DNA of 54,233 nucleotides, counting the filler, from Catajapyx aquilonaris (taxonomy: Eukaryota): assembly GCA_000934665.2 (NCBI GenBank). It is 3 parts of 3 records of this genome, joined end to end, with 100 filler letters (N's around TTAATTAATTAA, not from the genome) between each part and the next. Parts side by side here need not be neighbours in the genome. Positions count along the whole stretch, not along the records: positions 36,210 to 54,233 come from JYFJ02006810.1; 2 more parts are not named here. One strand, 5' to 3'. Position 1 is the stretch's first letter; each line of letters begins with the position of its first letter. This document shows positions 50,628-54,233 of this stretch, piece by piece. The translations under genes were made by a program, and so were the position numbers. The notes beneath the pieces were generated by a model, which was given only the letters and a program-made list of their open reading frames with translations, had not been told where the DNA came from and did not search any database.

Positions 50628-53600
50628 TATGCAGTATGTGACATTCAACAATAACAATATATTGCGAAGAACAGGCTTCCTGCTAGTGGTAAAGGGAAAT
50701 GGCATAGGTTATTGAAACAACAGTAAAAAGAAAGTGATGATATCTTCTTCATTTCATTCTGTCATCACCACCATCATCATCGTCATTTAATTACAAACGT
50801 TATAGCATATAGCATTTACATATTGGAAGACTAATTTGATGGACCAGCCCCACAATCTGCGAAGACATCCTACTGTCTCCTACAGAAGTACAAAATTGCT
50901 CACTTGGAGGCCATGGGATCCGTTTCGCGCATGCGCACTTGACTACACTTGTTACCAAATAACTTGTGTAGGCCCTAATCATACCGAAAAAATGAGTAAT
51001 TAATTATTAGTCTGGGCCCGCATATGGGCCCCCTTTCGGGCTGTACTTGCTCCTACTGGCGTGCGGGAGACGGGAGGGTAGTAGTCAGTGGGGGCAGCGG
51101 GCTGTGTCGCTAAGATAGGTCTGTATCCGCAAGGAAGGAAGGTTAGGCTTGGTTAGGTTAGGTTGGTACACCATACCCCTTCCACAATCCAAAAAATCAA
51201 TCTGTGCGACATAGCCAAGCTGCCCCCAGCCACTACTCCCCCTGCCGCGTCTCGCACGCCAGTAAGGGTTACTCTTTCCCTTTTTCGTCATAGCTCCCAT
51301 GAAGATGCATCCATGAAGGTGGGCGCACGCATCGTCTTCATGCCCCCTAGAAGAAAGGGCTGGTAGTCGCTGGTACCGGACTTGACTTGCCCCTCTTTCG
51401 GATACTCTCCTGTACATTTTGTGCCTAAACTTGTACTGCTCTGGGGTATTCTCCTCTTCGTAGCCCTCAATTCATTTTTTTAAATGACACCTAAGGACAT
51501 CATTGCGCATGGCCTTGGTCTAAGTACTAAATGTAAAAGTAATGTAAGTGATTTGATGTCCATTGTGCACTAATTGGTATGCGACTTCATATGGTATGAC
51601 AGTATCTGATATTTATTGCTCAAATAATTGATGATGAACGTTCCAATTCGGGCGGAAAATATACTATTTAATAATTGAAGCAAAATTTCCATTGATTTTG
51701 GGAAGCTGCACATACCTCTATGAATACATATGGGTCAGATTATGTAATATACAGCATGAAGACATTATCTGAGAATATATTGGACCAAATAATGGCATTG
51801 CATTACAAAGTTTAAACATCTATTTATGTCCGGCTATTTAAATATTCTGGAGCACTGTGCGCTGGTTACTCCAATGTTACATATGTACAGTACAGTAATA
51901 CATCCTATTACCCTGCTGTCATCTTGTACATAGTAGTGAGAGGAATCTGTAAAACTGCCAACCATTGTGCACCTGACATCCTCCCTTCCTCCCTCTATTA
52001 TTATGGAAAAAAAACCTACTTGATTTTCTCGATGTGGTCATGAGAAACATGGTATTGGCAGAATGCTATACACAACGCGACACCAATTGAACAACGGTCA
52101 AAGAGAGGTACTGAAGCAGGTTTCATTCCTTCTGCAATGATCAAGGGAGGGTCACACAAAAATCACGCATGTCAATAGTTCTGAGGCTATACACACAGTC
52201 AATATAACGCACAGTTAGACTGGCCAATAGTATGCCAGTTATTGTTGTGCTGGTCGCATTCCGGCGGATGTTCCCTGCACACGAGTGATTTCGGAACTCA
52301 GGAGGTCTGCTGGTGTAATGTCAGGGGTAGTTTAGTGATGTCAGAGTGTAGTGTATGACGTACGTCACTCTCCTTCCTGAGCCTGCATCAGAAATACACG
52401 AATGGAGTGTAGCTAGACCAATCCCTCTGATCCCCCAGCACTGGGATAAATAAATGCAATCCTCACTGAGGTGTTACGTTACTGTTAAACCAGGGCTACA
52501 CCAGCCGATAAACGGTAGGGGTGATTTGGAGGAGGGGTTTCGTTACACAGGCGACCAATCAATAATTTACTGCTATAGCAATTGGTTTATGCAAGCAAAG
52601 TAACTGCTTACAGTGGCGGAGTTTTTTATTGTGGCATTTAATGATGCATTACACTTTACTGAAGAGTGAACAGGTTTCTGGAATTGCTACTTTTGCTCCT
52701 GTATATTGCCAGCAGAAGACTAGTCCTACACTGACGCACCAGTTAATTACGGATGTCAGGCTCTCCCAAATCTAGTGTGCAGCGTGCCAATATTCCTGCT
52801 TGCAATGGCCAAAGGCATAGCAGCTGCGTGGTTAACTTCCTCTCTGCAGACCCATTTTTAAATGTAATGTGTTTATTATGTAAAACGTCCACAGTCCCCT
52901 TAAGCGTGATGCTATTAGACAGTCAAACATTGACCAAGGGAGGAAGTATACTTCCTTAATCGTCCTTAATCTGCATTTAGGCTCCTAAATAGGCAAGTGG
53001 ATCAGCTGTGACATCATTTGCCATCCTCTGTCGTGACAGAGCTACCGTTGGATCCACACATAAATGCAATGCCTTTCTTGAATTAAAATTCAACATCCTC
53101 TTTGTAGACCTGTAGCTCTAATTAATCGTTAATTGCATTAATTTGTTCCTAGAAAATAAACACTTGCCTGAAGAACCTAGGTTATTTTTTCTTTGTGCAA
53201 TGTGTTAATTTGTCGTCCGACCTTTTCGAGTAATTTCTCAATTCGTCCTAACGAGAAATGGATGATAATTTTTAATTAATATGACCAGAATTAGAGAATG
53301 TACTGCTCAGTATATTCTTTCCGTCATTCTCTACCCAAATGTCACAAGTTTTCGCGATGTGAGCATTTCTGTCCAAGGTAAAGCAGTTATAATGTCATTT
53401 TCCATTGGGCTTATAAAGCTTCTAGGCCACGCCCTCCTCTTCTCCGGGGGGGTTAGGGGCCCAATTCATGAGGGACAATAAGATTTGTCTTGATCCCAGA
53501 GGTTGGTATTACTCTATTTCACACAATATTAGCTGAAAGGAGTAAATTCATATTATTTAGTCTGCAACACCTCTGGTTCATCCTTTAAAGGTAAGTTATT

Positions 53601-54078
53601 GTGTAAGGTGGCAATTGCATAAGTCAAAGAAAGGATAAGGAATCTAAGGCCTTTCTTTGAAATGTAAGGCATTGTCCACAAGAGGGCCCTCTCAACGGGG
53701 GATTTCAACTAAAATGTCACAACTAGGGGAGCGTTGCTCAGGAGCTGATTGTCTTCGAGTTGCGCTCACCCAAATAAGAATGGAAGGACATTGAAGTAAT
53801 TAAGAGCCGCCGATACTATTGTTATTAAGGAGGTGTTAACCCTCGAAAATTCAACATATAAGCGGCGGCCAAATAGCGAGAGTGTTGGAGATGGAGAGTT
53901 GGAGAGAGAGATGGAGTTGGAGTTAGAGTTGGAGGGAGGCCGTCGAAAAGCTACGCGTTGAGCCGGAAACCAGCCAAAGGAGAAGAGACCAGAGAGCAGA
54001 AGAGAGAAGTCCAAGAGAGATGGAGAGTTGAGTTTTTGAGAGCACACCAGCGAACCAGTCAGCAAGTCTCTGTAAGAT

Positions 54079-54140
54079 GAAGAAGAACAAGAAGAACAAG
54101 AAGAACAAGAAGAAGAAGAAGAAGAACAAGAAGAACAAGA
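54079..54140. repeat. (GAA/CAA)n purine-rich repeat
   Basis: GAAGAAGAACAAGAAGAACAA... run, possibly within an LTR-like sequence at the contig end. Confidence 0.85.
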
Positions 54141-54233
54141 CCCGACGACCAAGCCCGAGATGTCAGAAGCCATCGGAAGCCGTGGACGAGCGAGAAAACC
54201 ATGGAAGAAGGCAACCCTGAATCTACGATACAG

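Noticed and set aside
53766..54173. Ser/Cys-rich and Phe/Leu-rich minus-strand ORFs
   Set aside because: Artefacts of the GAA/CAA repeat; no domain evidence.

Overview
Eukaryotic, most likely arthropod (hexapod-like) genomic DNA. It consists of three ~18-kb contigs (1-18018, 18119-36109, 36210-54233) joined by artificial 100-bp N/TTAATTAATTAA/N linkers, so adjacency across linkers is not evidence of linkage. Contig 1 carries the main finding: a tandem, minus-strand array of five 7-coding-exon genes, largely missed by the ORF track. They encode secreted proteins with an odorant-binding-protein (OBP) cysteine core and an unusual 12-Cys scaffold. Three copies are intact, one is frameshifted, and one is a divergent copy with a furin-site, Gly/His-rich tail. 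The array shows signs of pairwise duplication, exon conversion and nested SINE/MITE insertions. Contig 2 carries the 5' five exons of LSM14 (Trailer hitch/RAP55). Its introns hold two ~1-kb palindromic transposons, a pre-miRNA-like hairpin and a tRNA-Gly-derived pseudogene with a CUA anticodon loop. Contig 3 is transposon-rich (Kolobok-, P-, Tc1-like MITEs and a tRNA-SINE with 16-bp TSD) and has a frameshifted THAP-domain gene. All gene models were spliced by hand from GT-AG sites and reading frame; no database searches were run.
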